Positions 56,906 through 64,000 of a stretch of DNA of 64,000 bases are shown piece after piece. Numbering within the stretch: position 1 is the stretch's first letter; the number at the start of each line of letters is the position of its first letter. Location of the stretch: assembly GCA_963746215.1 (NCBI GenBank), contig CAVVAT010000010.1, forward strand, positions 48,634 to 112,633, given 5' to 3'. The notes beneath the pieces were generated by a model. It had not been told where the DNA came from, made no database searches, and worked only from the letters and a program-made list of their open reading frames with translations. The translations under genes were made by a program, and so were the position numbers. This DNA is from an uncultured Solirubrobacterales bacterium (GTDB lineage Bacteria; Actinomycetota; Thermoleophilia; Solirubrobacterales; 70-9).

Positions 56906-57859
56906 TCACGCCGACTTTCGGACGAGCTTGTGGATATCGGCGAACAATCGATCGGCTGCGTTCGAAGCGACAGGGGACACGAGGTCCAGGCCCTGTAGGA
57001 ACCCGTGCACAAGACGGGGTTCGCGTCGATGCCACACGCAAACGCCGTCGGCGTCGAGTCTGGCGGCATAGGCATCGCCCTCGTCACGCAGCGGATCGTG
57101 CTCGGCGGTGACGACGACTGCGTCGGGTAGGCCGGCTAGATCTAAGGCGTAGAGTGGGCTGACCGTCGGGTTGGCTCGCTGCAGGCCGGGCGGTACCCAC
57201 TGCTCAATCGCCCATACGAGATCCTCGACCTCGAGGCCCCAGCCGATCCCTTTTGAGCGAATGCTGGGGTGCGAGAGCGTCAGATCGGTGTTGGGATATA
57301 CGAGCGCCTGCGCGGTGGGGAGCGGCCCCCCTTCGTCCCGAAGGCGAACGCAGGCAAGCACCGCGAGATGGCCGCCTGCGCTGTCTCCCGCCACAGCTAC
57401 GCGATCCGCGTTTGCCCCGAGCTCGCGCGCATGTTCGACTGCCCACCGCAGCGCTCTGACGGCGTCATCGACGGCAGCGGGCCACGGATGCTCTGGTGCC
57501 CGCCGGTAGTCCACCGCGAGCACCGCTACGTCGGCTGCGAGCGCGAGCCGACGGCATGTGCGGTCATGAGTGTCGAGGTCGCCCATCAGCCACATGCCGC
57601 CGTGCAGGAATACCACCAGCGGCCGCTGTGCCAGTACCGGCCGGTACAAGCGCGACACCAGCCGCGGCCGGCCCGGGATCACGTAGTCCCGCACCGAGGC
57701 CAGGTCGGGACCGCGCGGCCTCGACGCGGCTCGTTCACGCGCGGCTCGCCGTAGTGCTTGGTGCCCGACCTCGCGCGCAGGGCGCCCCCCGGCCTTGCGG
57801 ACGGAATCCAGCCACGCGGCAAGCCCACGGTCCGCAGCATCAGCCGACACGGGCGGCAC
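56906..57859 (-). CDS. Alpha/beta hydrolase, HSL-family esterase/lipase
   Basis: HGGMW oxyanion motif, nucleophile GDSAGG, and DPLRDEG. The GTG 57859/57850 start is chosen because third-position GC collapses upstream; the ORF-track start is 58072. Confidence 0.8.
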   Translation of the reverse strand: MPPVSADAADRGLAAWLDSVRKAGGRPAREVGHQALRRAARERAASRPRGPDLASVRDYVIPGRPRLVSRLYRPVLAQRPLVVFLHGGMWLMGDLDTHDRTCRRLALAADVAVLAVDYRRAPEHPWPAAVDDAVRALRWAVEHARELGANADRVAVAGDSAGGHLAVLACVRLRDEGGPLPTAQALVYPNTDLTLSHPSIRSKGIGWGLEVEDLVWAIEQWVPPGLQRANPTVSPLYALDLAGLPDAVVVTAEHDPLRDEGDAYAARLDADGVCVWHRREPRLVHGFLQGLDLVSPVASNAADRLFADIHKLVRKSA

Positions 57860-57977
57860 GACAGACAGTCTGCACCAGCCGCCCGCCCGGAGATCCCCGG
57901 GTTCCCCGCCGACCCCAAGATGCGAGTCGCAACGACGCCAAGGCGCGGCTAGTCGGCGACCAAGGATCAGCTCACCG

Positions 57978-57999
57978 CTACCCCCTAGGGGTGTGCTAC
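57978..57999. promoter_or_regulatory. Operator-like palindrome A1: CTACCCCCTAGGGGTGTGCTAC
   Basis: Exact 22-nt copy of 58220-58241. Perfect 10-nt palindrome CCCCTAGGGG. TACCC-N5-GGGTG layout. Confidence 0.45.
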
Positions 58000-58014
58000 G
58001 GTCAGCCATAATAT

Positions 58015-58031
58015 ATACCCCTGGAGGGTAT
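58015..58031. promoter_or_regulatory. Operator-like palindrome B1: ATACCC-CTGGA-GGGTAT
   Basis: 6-nt perfect inverted arms with a 5-nt spacer. Same architecture as B2. Confidence 0.45.
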
Positions 58032-58219
58032 TTGCTCGGAGCTGAAGAAGTGGGCCCGAACGTCACCGCCATCCCCTTGGCCGCGGCCGGCCTTATCCCC
58101 TGATCGCAGGCGCTGCGATGGCGCTCTCAGGCGTTTCACAGGTCGTTTGTGAGAAACCGAAAAGGAAGTGAGAAATGCAGTCTGCCTGTGTGTCGCTTGT
58201 CACGCGCATGTGCATACCA

Positions 58220-58241
58220 CTACCCCCTAGGGGTGTGCTAC
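58220..58241. promoter_or_regulatory. Operator-like palindrome A2: CTACCCCCTAGGGGTGTGCTAC
   Basis: Exact copy of A1, located upstream of the LuxR-family gene. Confidence 0.45.
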
Positions 58242-58259
58242 CTTGCGCCCGTGCGCATG

Positions 58260-58278
58260 AATACCCCGTACGGGTATT
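58260..58278. promoter_or_regulatory. Operator-like palindrome B2: AATACCC-CGTAC-GGGTATT
   Basis: 7-nt perfect inverted arms with a 5-nt spacer, immediately followed by AAGGAG. Confidence 0.45.
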
Positions 58279-58459
58279 AAGGAGTCGGAAGCGAGCAAGT
58301 GAACCAATCCACCGAAACTCTGGTCGGCACCTGGCGCGGGGCCGAGCTCGGCCTCTTGATCAAGGCCCGGAGATACTTGAGTCGACCCACGCGGTTGACA
58401 CTGTCGTTGTCGCCGACGACCGCCGCCGCAGGCCTTCGAATCCGAAAGGAAGTGACGTA

Positions 58460-59671
58460 TTGCGACCAGGCTCTCGCCTGACCACCACCGCCGCTGATCG
58501 CGTGCGGGCTGACCTAGCCGAGCTCGCGCAGCGCGGCTTCGATCCATCCGAGTTCGCGGTTCGCACCAGCAGTATCCTGGCCCGAGCGCTTGCGTTCGAC
58601 GGCCTGTGCATGCTGACGATGGATCCGGCCAGCGGCATCGCCACTAGCGCTTACATCGAGAACGGGCTCAGCGGACCAGAGGCGGATCGGATCGCCGAGA
58701 TCGAGTACGCAGAGACGGACGTCAACAAGTTCGGGGCTCTGGCCGAGTCCGGACGCCTGGCGGCCAGCCTCAGCGCGGCCACCGACGGCAAACTCGAGCG
58801 AAGCCGCCGCCATCGCGAGCTGCGCGCCCCGAACGGGCTCGGCGACGAACTGCGAGCTGTGTTGGTGAGCGACTCAGTCAGCTGGGGCGGTCTGACCCTG
58901 GGCCGCAGCGCCGACCGTGAGCCGTTTGCTTATGACGAGGTCGAGCTGATGGCCTCGGTATCCGCGCATTTGGCCAACGGCCTTCGACGCGCGGTCTTGC
59001 TGACGTCGCTGTGGACCGACGACGACCAATGTGGCGCCGGCCTGCTTTTGCTGACCCCGGACAACTCGATCACTCGCGCCGACACCTCCGCCGAGACCTG
59101 GCTGGCCGAGCTCCGGGACACCGGTCCCAACCAGGATCTGCCGCCGGTGGTCATCGGCGTCGCCAGTCGGGCCCGCTCCCTTGCCGATCAGCGCGACGCA
59201 ACCGGGGTCACTACCTCGGCCCGGGTGCGAACAGCCTCCGGCAGCTGGCTGACAGTGCGGGCGTCGGTGCTCAGCCCCAAAGAGGACCCGATGACCGCCG
59301 TCATCCTGGAGCCCACAGACCCTCTCCAGCTGGCGCCGCTGATCGCCGACGGCTACGAGTTGACCGGTCGCGAGCGCGCGATCTCAGAGCTCGTCGTCCA
59401 GGGCCTCACCACTGAGGCCATTGCCGGGTCGCTGTACATCTCAGCCTGGACGGTCCAGGACCATCTCAAGTCGGTGTTCGAGAAGGTCGGAGTCAGTTCG
59501 CGCGGCGAGCTTGTCTCACGCCTCTACTTCGAGCGCTCCGGGCCTCGCCTTCGTGCAGACGATCAGAGAGAGCCAACGTGCGCGAGCGCGGCAGACACCA
59601 GGATTCTGGGATCGACGGGGCGGGCCCATCGTGGCAGCCTGCCGCGATGCCGAATAGTGGATGTCCGATAG
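58460..59671 (+). CDS. LuxR-family transcriptional regulator with GAF-like N-terminal domain; both ends uncertain
   Basis: C-terminal HTH is ELTGRERAISELVVQGLTTEAIAGSLYISAWTVQDHLKSVFEKVGVSSRGELV. TTG 58460 follows AAGGAAG. A high-GC3 frame from GTG 58299 (VNQSTETLVGTWRGAELGLLIKA) may be the real N-terminus via a frame change. The last ~45 codons are Arg-rich with low GC3. Confidence 0.75.
   Translation: MRPGSRLTTTAADRVRADLAELAQRGFDPSEFAVRTSSILARALAFDGLCMLTMDPASGIATSAYIENGLSGPEADRIAEIEYAETDVNKFGALAESGRLAASLSAATDGKLERSRRHRELRAPNGLGDELRAVLVSDSVSWGGLTLGRSADREPFAYDEVELMASVSAHLANGLRRAVLLTSLWTDDDQCGAGLLLLTPDNSITRADTSAETWLAELRDTGPNQDLPPVVIGVASRARSLADQRDATGVTTSARVRTASGSWLTVRASVLSPKEDPMTAVILEPTDPLQLAPLIADGYELTGRERAISELVVQGLTTEAIAGSLYISAWTVQDHLKSVFEKVGVSSRGELVSRLYFERSGPRLRADDQREPTCASAADTRILGSTGRAHRGSLPRCRIVDVR
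59595..59616 (+). repeat. 22-nt motif ACACCAGGATTCTGGGATCGAC, copy 1 (66 nt upstream of the monooxygenase ATG)
   Basis: Exact match to 61338-61359. Contains CCAG-GATT-CTGG. A CATCGTGGC box lies 10 nt downstream. Confidence 0.9.
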
Positions 59672-59681
59672 GAGGATGGCG

Positions 59682-61148
59682 ATGACCGAGCATGCCGTGG
59701 TAATCGCCGGCGGCGGTCCGACGGGGATGATGTTGGCGGCCGAGCTGGCTTTGGCCAGCATCGATGTCGCGATTGTCGAACGGCGTCCTGATCAGGCGGT
59801 CGCCGGCTCGCGGGCCGGTGGCCTTCATTCGCGCACGCTCGAAGTGTTCGATCAGCGCGGCGTCGCAGATCGATTCGTGGCCGAGGGCCAGCGCTACGAG
59901 GCGGCCCCGTTCGCCAACGCCGTTTTGGACATGAGCGACCTCCCGACTCGTTTTCCCTACTCACTCGGGATCTTTCAGAAGGCAATCGAGCGCATCATGG
60001 CTGGCTGGGTGGCCGAGCTGGACGTGCAGACCTATTACGGACGTGAGGTGATGGGCTTCGGCCAGGACGAGACCGGCGTTGACGTCGCGCTGGCCAGCGG
60101 CGGTCCGCTGCGAGCCCAGTATCTAGTCGGGTGCGATGGCGGGCGCAGCCTGATTCGCAAGGGCGCGGGGACTGCGTTTCCGGGCTGGGATGCGACAAAG
60201 AGCAACCTGATCGCTGAGGTCGAGATGAGCGAAGAGCCGCAGCTCGGCCTCCATCACGACGCCGCCGGCGTTCACGGTCTGCGGGTCCTCGACGAAGAGA
60301 ACATGATCGGAGTGGTGACGACCGAGCACGAGCTCCAAACCGACAGCGAGCCGACGTTGGGGGATCTGAGTCAAGCGTTGACGACCGTTTTCGGGACCGA
60401 CTTCGGGGTGCACAGCCCGACCTGGATCTCGAGGTTCACCGACGCCACCCGCCATGCCGCGGCCTACCGCGATCGACGGGTGCTCTTGGCCGGCGATGCG
60501 GCCCACATCCATTACCCGGTCGGCGGACAAGGGCTCCAGCTTGGCGTTCAGGATGCGGTCAACTTGGGCTGGAAGCTGGCCCAGGTGGTCGACGGGACCT
60601 CTCCCGAGAGCCTGCTCGACAGTTACCAGGCCGAGCGCCACCCGGCAACCGCCCGCACGCTCAAGCACACGCTGGCGATGGGAGTGCTCCAGAGCCGCGA
60701 TGATCGCATGGAGGCCCTGGCGGATCTGGTCTCCGAGCTGGCGGCGATGGATCAACCGCGCCACCACCTGGCGGCGATAGTGACCGGACTCGACGTCCAT
60801 TACGACCTCGGTGAGGGGCACCCGCTGCTCGGACGGCGCATGCCCGACCTCGACCTGATCGGCCCCGACGGCGCGGTCCGGGCCTTCGAGCTGCTGCACG
60901 GAGCCCGGCCGCTGCTGCTCAACCTCGGCCAGCCCGGCGACATCGACATCGCTGCGTGGGCCGACCGGGTCCAGCTCGTCGAGGCCAGCCACGCGGGGGA
61001 GTGGGCGCTGCCCGTCCTGGGCACGGTGGACGCGCCGTCCGCGGTGCTCGTGCGCCCCGATGGTCACGTGGCCTGGGTCGGGGAGGGGATGGACGCCGGG
61101 CTGACCGATGCGCTCGCCACTTGGTTCGGCCCCCCGGCCGCAGGCTGA
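59682..61148 (+). CDS. Group A FAD-dependent monooxygenase, Rox (rifampin monooxygenase)/aromatic polyketide hydroxylase-like
   Basis: ATG 59682 follows AGGAGGA. VVIAGGGPTGMMLA, YLVGCDGGRSLIRK, RVLLAGDAAHIHYPVGGQGLQLGVQDAVNLGWKLA, YQAERHP, and C-terminal VLVRPDGHVAWVG...WFG. Confidence 0.8.
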   Translation: MTEHAVVIAGGGPTGMMLAAELALASIDVAIVERRPDQAVAGSRAGGLHSRTLEVFDQRGVADRFVAEGQRYEAAPFANAVLDMSDLPTRFPYSLGIFQKAIERIMAGWVAELDVQTYYGREVMGFGQDETGVDVALASGGPLRAQYLVGCDGGRSLIRKGAGTAFPGWDATKSNLIAEVEMSEEPQLGLHHDAAGVHGLRVLDEENMIGVVTTEHELQTDSEPTLGDLSQALTTVFGTDFGVHSPTWISRFTDATRHAAAYRDRRVLLAGDAAHIHYPVGGQGLQLGVQDAVNLGWKLAQVVDGTSPESLLDSYQAERHPATARTLKHTLAMGVLQSRDDRMEALADLVSELAAMDQPRHHLAAIVTGLDVHYDLGEGHPLLGRRMPDLDLIGPDGAVRAFELLHGARPLLLNLGQPGDIDIAAWADRVQLVEASHAGEWALPVLGTVDAPSAVLVRPDGHVAWVGEGMDAGLTDALATWFGPPAAG

Positions 61149-61337
61149 TAGCTGCCTGAGGTTTCGGGCCAAGCTGGTTGATCGCGGTTTGCAGGGGTTC
61201 CTGGGAGCTACGAAGGTGCCCTTGTCGAGCACGGTGACGTTCTCGAGGGGAGCGTGGCGTCGACCACGATGCAATCGAGATGGACGGGGACGGCCACGGT
61301 GCCGATCCCGACAGGTAGGACGCGCTCGCCGTCCGAA

Positions 61338-61359
61338 ACACCAGGATTCTGGGATCGAC
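61338..61359 (+). repeat. 22-nt motif ACACCAGGATTCTGGGATCGAC, copy 2 (148 nt upstream of the MFS gene)
   Basis: Exact match to 59595-59616. A CATTGTGGC box lies 18 nt downstream. Confidence 0.9.
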
Positions 61360-61506
61360 AGCCGCTAGCCGGCAGGGCATTGTGGCCGCTCGCCGGTCGA
61401 AAACGCCTTCATGCGACGGTGGCCGGCGCTCTCGCCCTGAGTCAGTCCTCAGGCTGAACAGCACAACCTCGACAGAAGAGACCACCGACAAGATGACACC
61501 ACAGCA

Positions 61507-62988
61507 ATGACCGACAGACAGCGCTGGGTCGCGCTCTACGTGCTGTGCGCGGGGATGCTGATGATCGTCCTCGACGTCACCGTCGTCAACGTGGCGCTGC
61601 CCTCGATCAAGGACGACCTCGGCTTCTCGCAGTCGAGCCTCGCCTGGGTCGTCAACGCCTACCTCATCACTTTCGGCGGGCTGCTGCTGCTGGCCGGGCG
61701 CTTCGGCGACCTGATCGGCCGCAAGAACGTGTTCCTGGCCGGACTGGCGCTGTTCACGATCGCATCCGTCACCTGCGGCCTGGCCCAGACCCAGGGCATG
61801 CTGGTCGCCGGCCGCTTCGTCCAGGGGATCGGCGGGGCGATGAGCTCGGCTGTGATCCTGGGCATGATCGTGACCATGTTCCCGGAGCCGCGCGAGCAGG
61901 CGAAGGCGATCGGGGTTTATGCCTTCGTGGCCTCGGCCGGCGGCACGATCGGCCTGCTCGCCGGGGGCGTCCTCACCGAGGCGATCAACTGGCACTGGAT
62001 CTTTTTCATCAATGTGCCGATCGCGATCCTGACCGCGTACCTGGCGACGCGCCTCATCGAGCGCGACCAGGGTATCGGTCTCGACAAGGGCGCCGACACG
62101 CCGGGCGCGTTGCTGATCACCACTTCGCTGATGCTCGGCGTGTACACGATCGTCAAGCCGGCCGCCGAGCAGGGCTGGGGCGATCCGCAGACACTCGGCC
62201 TCGGCGCCGTCTCACTGGCGCTGCTGGTCGGGTTCATCCTGCGCGAGGCACGCGCAGCACACCCAATCATGCCGCTTCGGATCTTTCGCTCGCGCAACGT
62301 CACCGGCGCCAACGTCGCCGAGGCACTGCTGGTGGCCGGCATGTTCGCAACCTTCTTCATGGGTTCGCTCTACATGGAGCAGGTGCTCGGCTACGACCCG
62401 CTCGAGATCGGACTCGCGTTTTTGCCCGCGACGCTGATCATGGGCACGCTTTCGATTCGCTACGCGGAGCCGCTGATCATGCGATTCGGCGCTCGCCGCG
62501 CGCTCGTCACGGGCATGGTGCTGGTGGGGATCTCGCTGGCGCTGTTCGCGCGTGCGCCGGTCGACGGCGCTTACGTCGAGCACTTGCTGCCGGTGATGAT
62601 CCTGCTCGGGTTCGGGATCGGCGTCTGCTTCCCGGCCCTGATGAGCTTGGCGATGTCGGGCGCCACGCAGGCGGACGCGGGGCTCGCCTCGGGTCTCGTC
62701 AACACCTCGGCGCAGGTCGGCGGCGCGATCGGGCTTGCGGTGCTTGCCACGCTTTCGGCGACCCGCAGCGACAACCTAATCGCGGACGGGGAGGCGACCG
62801 CGTCGGCGCTCACCGGCGGCTATCACCTGGCGTTCCTGATCGGCGCGGCGCTGGTGCTCGCGGCGATTGCCGTCGCCGCGCTGGTGATCCAGTCCGAGGA
62901 GCGTGCCGCGGCGGGGATGAAAGCTGACGCGCCGCGTGGCGCCGGTCCCCGGGCGAGCGGCGAGCCGGCCTGCTCTGAGGCTGGCTGA
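61507..62988 (+). CDS. MFS transporter, DHA2 (EmrB/QacA-like, 14-TMS) drug:H+ antiporter family
   Basis: 493 aa. LDVTVVNVALPSI, GRFGDLIGRKNVFL motif A, and about 14 hydrophobic segments. Confidence 0.9.
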   Translation: MTDRQRWVALYVLCAGMLMIVLDVTVVNVALPSIKDDLGFSQSSLAWVVNAYLITFGGLLLLAGRFGDLIGRKNVFLAGLALFTIASVTCGLAQTQGMLVAGRFVQGIGGAMSSAVILGMIVTMFPEPREQAKAIGVYAFVASAGGTIGLLAGGVLTEAINWHWIFFINVPIAILTAYLATRLIERDQGIGLDKGADTPGALLITTSLMLGVYTIVKPAAEQGWGDPQTLGLGAVSLALLVGFILREARAAHPIMPLRIFRSRNVTGANVAEALLVAGMFATFFMGSLYMEQVLGYDPLEIGLAFLPATLIMGTLSIRYAEPLIMRFGARRALVTGMVLVGISLALFARAPVDGAYVEHLLPVMILLGFGIGVCFPALMSLAMSGATQADAGLASGLVNTSAQVGGAIGLAVLATLSATRSDNLIADGEATASALTGGYHLAFLIGAALVLAAIAVAALVIQSEERAAAGMKADAPRGAGPRASGEPACSEAG

Positions 62989-63024
62989 CGGTCGCTCAAG
63001 AGCTGTGGTCCGATCCATCCCCGA

Positions 63025-63043
63025 GCCCGCGTTGAGGGCGGGC
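63025..63043 (+). terminator. Hairpin GCCCGC-GTTGAGG-GCGGGC 37 nt after the MFS stop, no U tract
   Basis: 6-bp GC stem read directly from the sequence. Weak evidence. Confidence 0.3.
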
Positions 63044-63120
63044 GTGGCCCGCTGGCACGAAGGGAGACAAATGCCGCCCACAGGGACACGGGCTTTCGGA
63101 GCGACCTCGACCTTGCGATC

Positions 63121-64000
63121 ATGACCGAATACACCCACCGATCCCGGTCGGCGGTTTCCTGGATCCCAGCGATCCGACGCTGTTCCCGCGCCTCAACAAA
63201 GCCCAGATTGAGCAGCTGGCGGAACGTGCAGAGAGGGTGTCGCTTTCACCCGGGAAAATCCTCTTTGCGCAGGGCCAGCGCGAGACGCCCTTCTGGGTCG
63301 TCCTGTCGGGGGCTGTCGACGTCATCGACCGCCAACCCGATGGCGATCGTTACTTCGCTCAATGTCAGGCGGGGACGTTCATCGGCGACACCTCGATGTT
63401 CACTGGCGAGCCGACGCTGGCACGGGGCGTCGTCGCCGCGGAAACCTCGCTGCTGGAGCTGTCCCCTGACGCATTGCGGAATCTGGTTGCAGGCTCCACC
63501 GATCTCGGCGACCTTCTTCTTCGAACCATGGTGGTGCGTCGCGAGTGGCTGCGAGGTCAGGGCTACGGCTTCGAACGGCTGATAGGCAGACGCTCATCGG
63601 GCGATGCCTTCGCCATCCGGGAGTTGCTCGAACGCAACCTGGTCCCCTTCAGCTGGCATGACATCGACACGGACGAGGAGAGCAAGGCGCTACTCGACCG
63701 GCTGGGAATTGGCCGAGGCGAGTGTCCGGTCCTCGTCCGCACCCACAACGTACTTCGGCGCCCGACCGTCACCGACGTCGCTGACGAGCTCGGCTTGCGC
63801 GCCAAGGTCGATCAAACGACCTTCGACGTCGTGGTGCTCGGGGCGGGCCCTGCGGGATTGGCCTCGGCTGTCTACGCCGCGTCGGAGGGTCTCGCCACGC
63901 TGGTCATCGAGCGTTTCGCCCCGGGCGGACAAGCGGGAACCAGCGCCCGGATCGAGAACTACCTCGGCTTTCCAACCGGTCTCTCCGGGTCCGAGCTAAC
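63121..64000 (+). CDS. Cyclic nucleotide-binding domain fused to thioredoxin-reductase-like FAD/NAD(P) oxidoreductase; 3' end outside window, start uncertain
   Basis: Frame 0 reads FLDPSDPTLFPRLNKAQIEQLAERAE...FAQGQRETPFWVVLSGAV...GTFIGDTSMFTGEPT (cNMP fold), then FDVVVLGAGPAGLASAVYAASEGL...GGQAGTSARIENYLGFP. ATG 63121 is in frame 1, and a well-placed RBS+ATG at 63071 is in frame 2, so indels near the start are likely. Confidence 0.75.

Noticed and set aside
57860-58072. Longer esterase starting at 58072 or ATG 58009.
   Set aside because: The extension has low third-position GC and would translate through palindrome A1. HSL-family esterases of ~315 aa fit the GTG 57859/57850 start.
58175-58300. 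ATG 58175 with a strong RBS (AAAGGAAGTGAGAA-ATG) opening a Cys-rich peptide (MQSACVSLVTRMCIPLPPRGVLPC...), considered as a metallothionein-like small gene or the LuxR start.
   Set aside because: Third-position GC is only ~50% here, against more than 80% in real genes. The codons run straight through palindromes A2 and B2. The RBS-like string is part of the duplicated module.
59595-59620. The 22-nt motif plus GGGG resembles the tmRNA 5' end (GGGGCTGATTCTGGATTCGACGGG).
   Set aside because: Only ~15 scattered matches are present. There is no tag reading frame and no tRNA-like 3' end, and the motif occurs twice in promoter-proximal positions.
63008-63030. GGTCCGATCCATCCCCGAGCCCGC as a second att half-site matching the tRNA T-arm/acceptor (GGTCCAAATCCTGCCCCCGC).
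   Set aside because: Only ~14 of 21 positions match, and a gap is needed. This is too weak in GC-rich DNA, so I mention it only as something to test with a proper alignment.

Overview
High-GC (~70%) chromosomal window, apparently from an Actinomycetota-type genome; the gene content suggests a Thermoleophilia/Rubrobacteria-like lineage, but that is only inference. I call about 60 protein genes. No rRNA, CRISPR array, intact transposase or intact tRNA was seen. Left to right: the ATP synthase operon distal genes (atpH' A G D C); an M20 peptidase; an LCP cell-wall ligase followed by a nucleotide-sugar operon (ugd, GMPP-like, PGI/PMI); an acyl-CoA mutase-MarR-arfB operon; a DUF4394/TSP3 secreted protein; ahcY; a PAS histidine kinase; thrB; a ParA+FHA pair; a PBP and a MarP-like protease; small regulators; AddB/AddA; a gamma-glutamylation amine-catabolic cluster next to a choline/ethanolamine kinase and a dimethylglycine-oxidase-like gene; a PepSY + two-component system; and housekeeping genes (FxsA, DUF59). 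The window ends in an accessory segment (56.3-63.1 kb). It opens with an internally deleted tyrosine integrase and a degenerate initiator-tRNA-Met remnant, then carries an esterase, a GAF-LuxR regulator, a Rox-like FAD monooxygenase and a DHA2 MFS exporter. This segment holds the most unusual non-coding signals: four TACCC-N5-GGGTA-type palindromes arranged as two tandem modules, and an exact 22-nt repeat upstream of both the monooxygenase and the exporter. I found no clear novel multi-gene system such as a defense island; the accessory segment is the best candidate for follow-up. Conserved genes in the first ~23 kb carry many single-base frame changes while 23-39 kb and 41-56 kb are clean, so coordinates of frameshifted genes are spans rather than exact ORFs. 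Many long ORFs in the supplied track are GC-driven antisense shadows. All family assignments come from reading motifs by eye; no searches were run.
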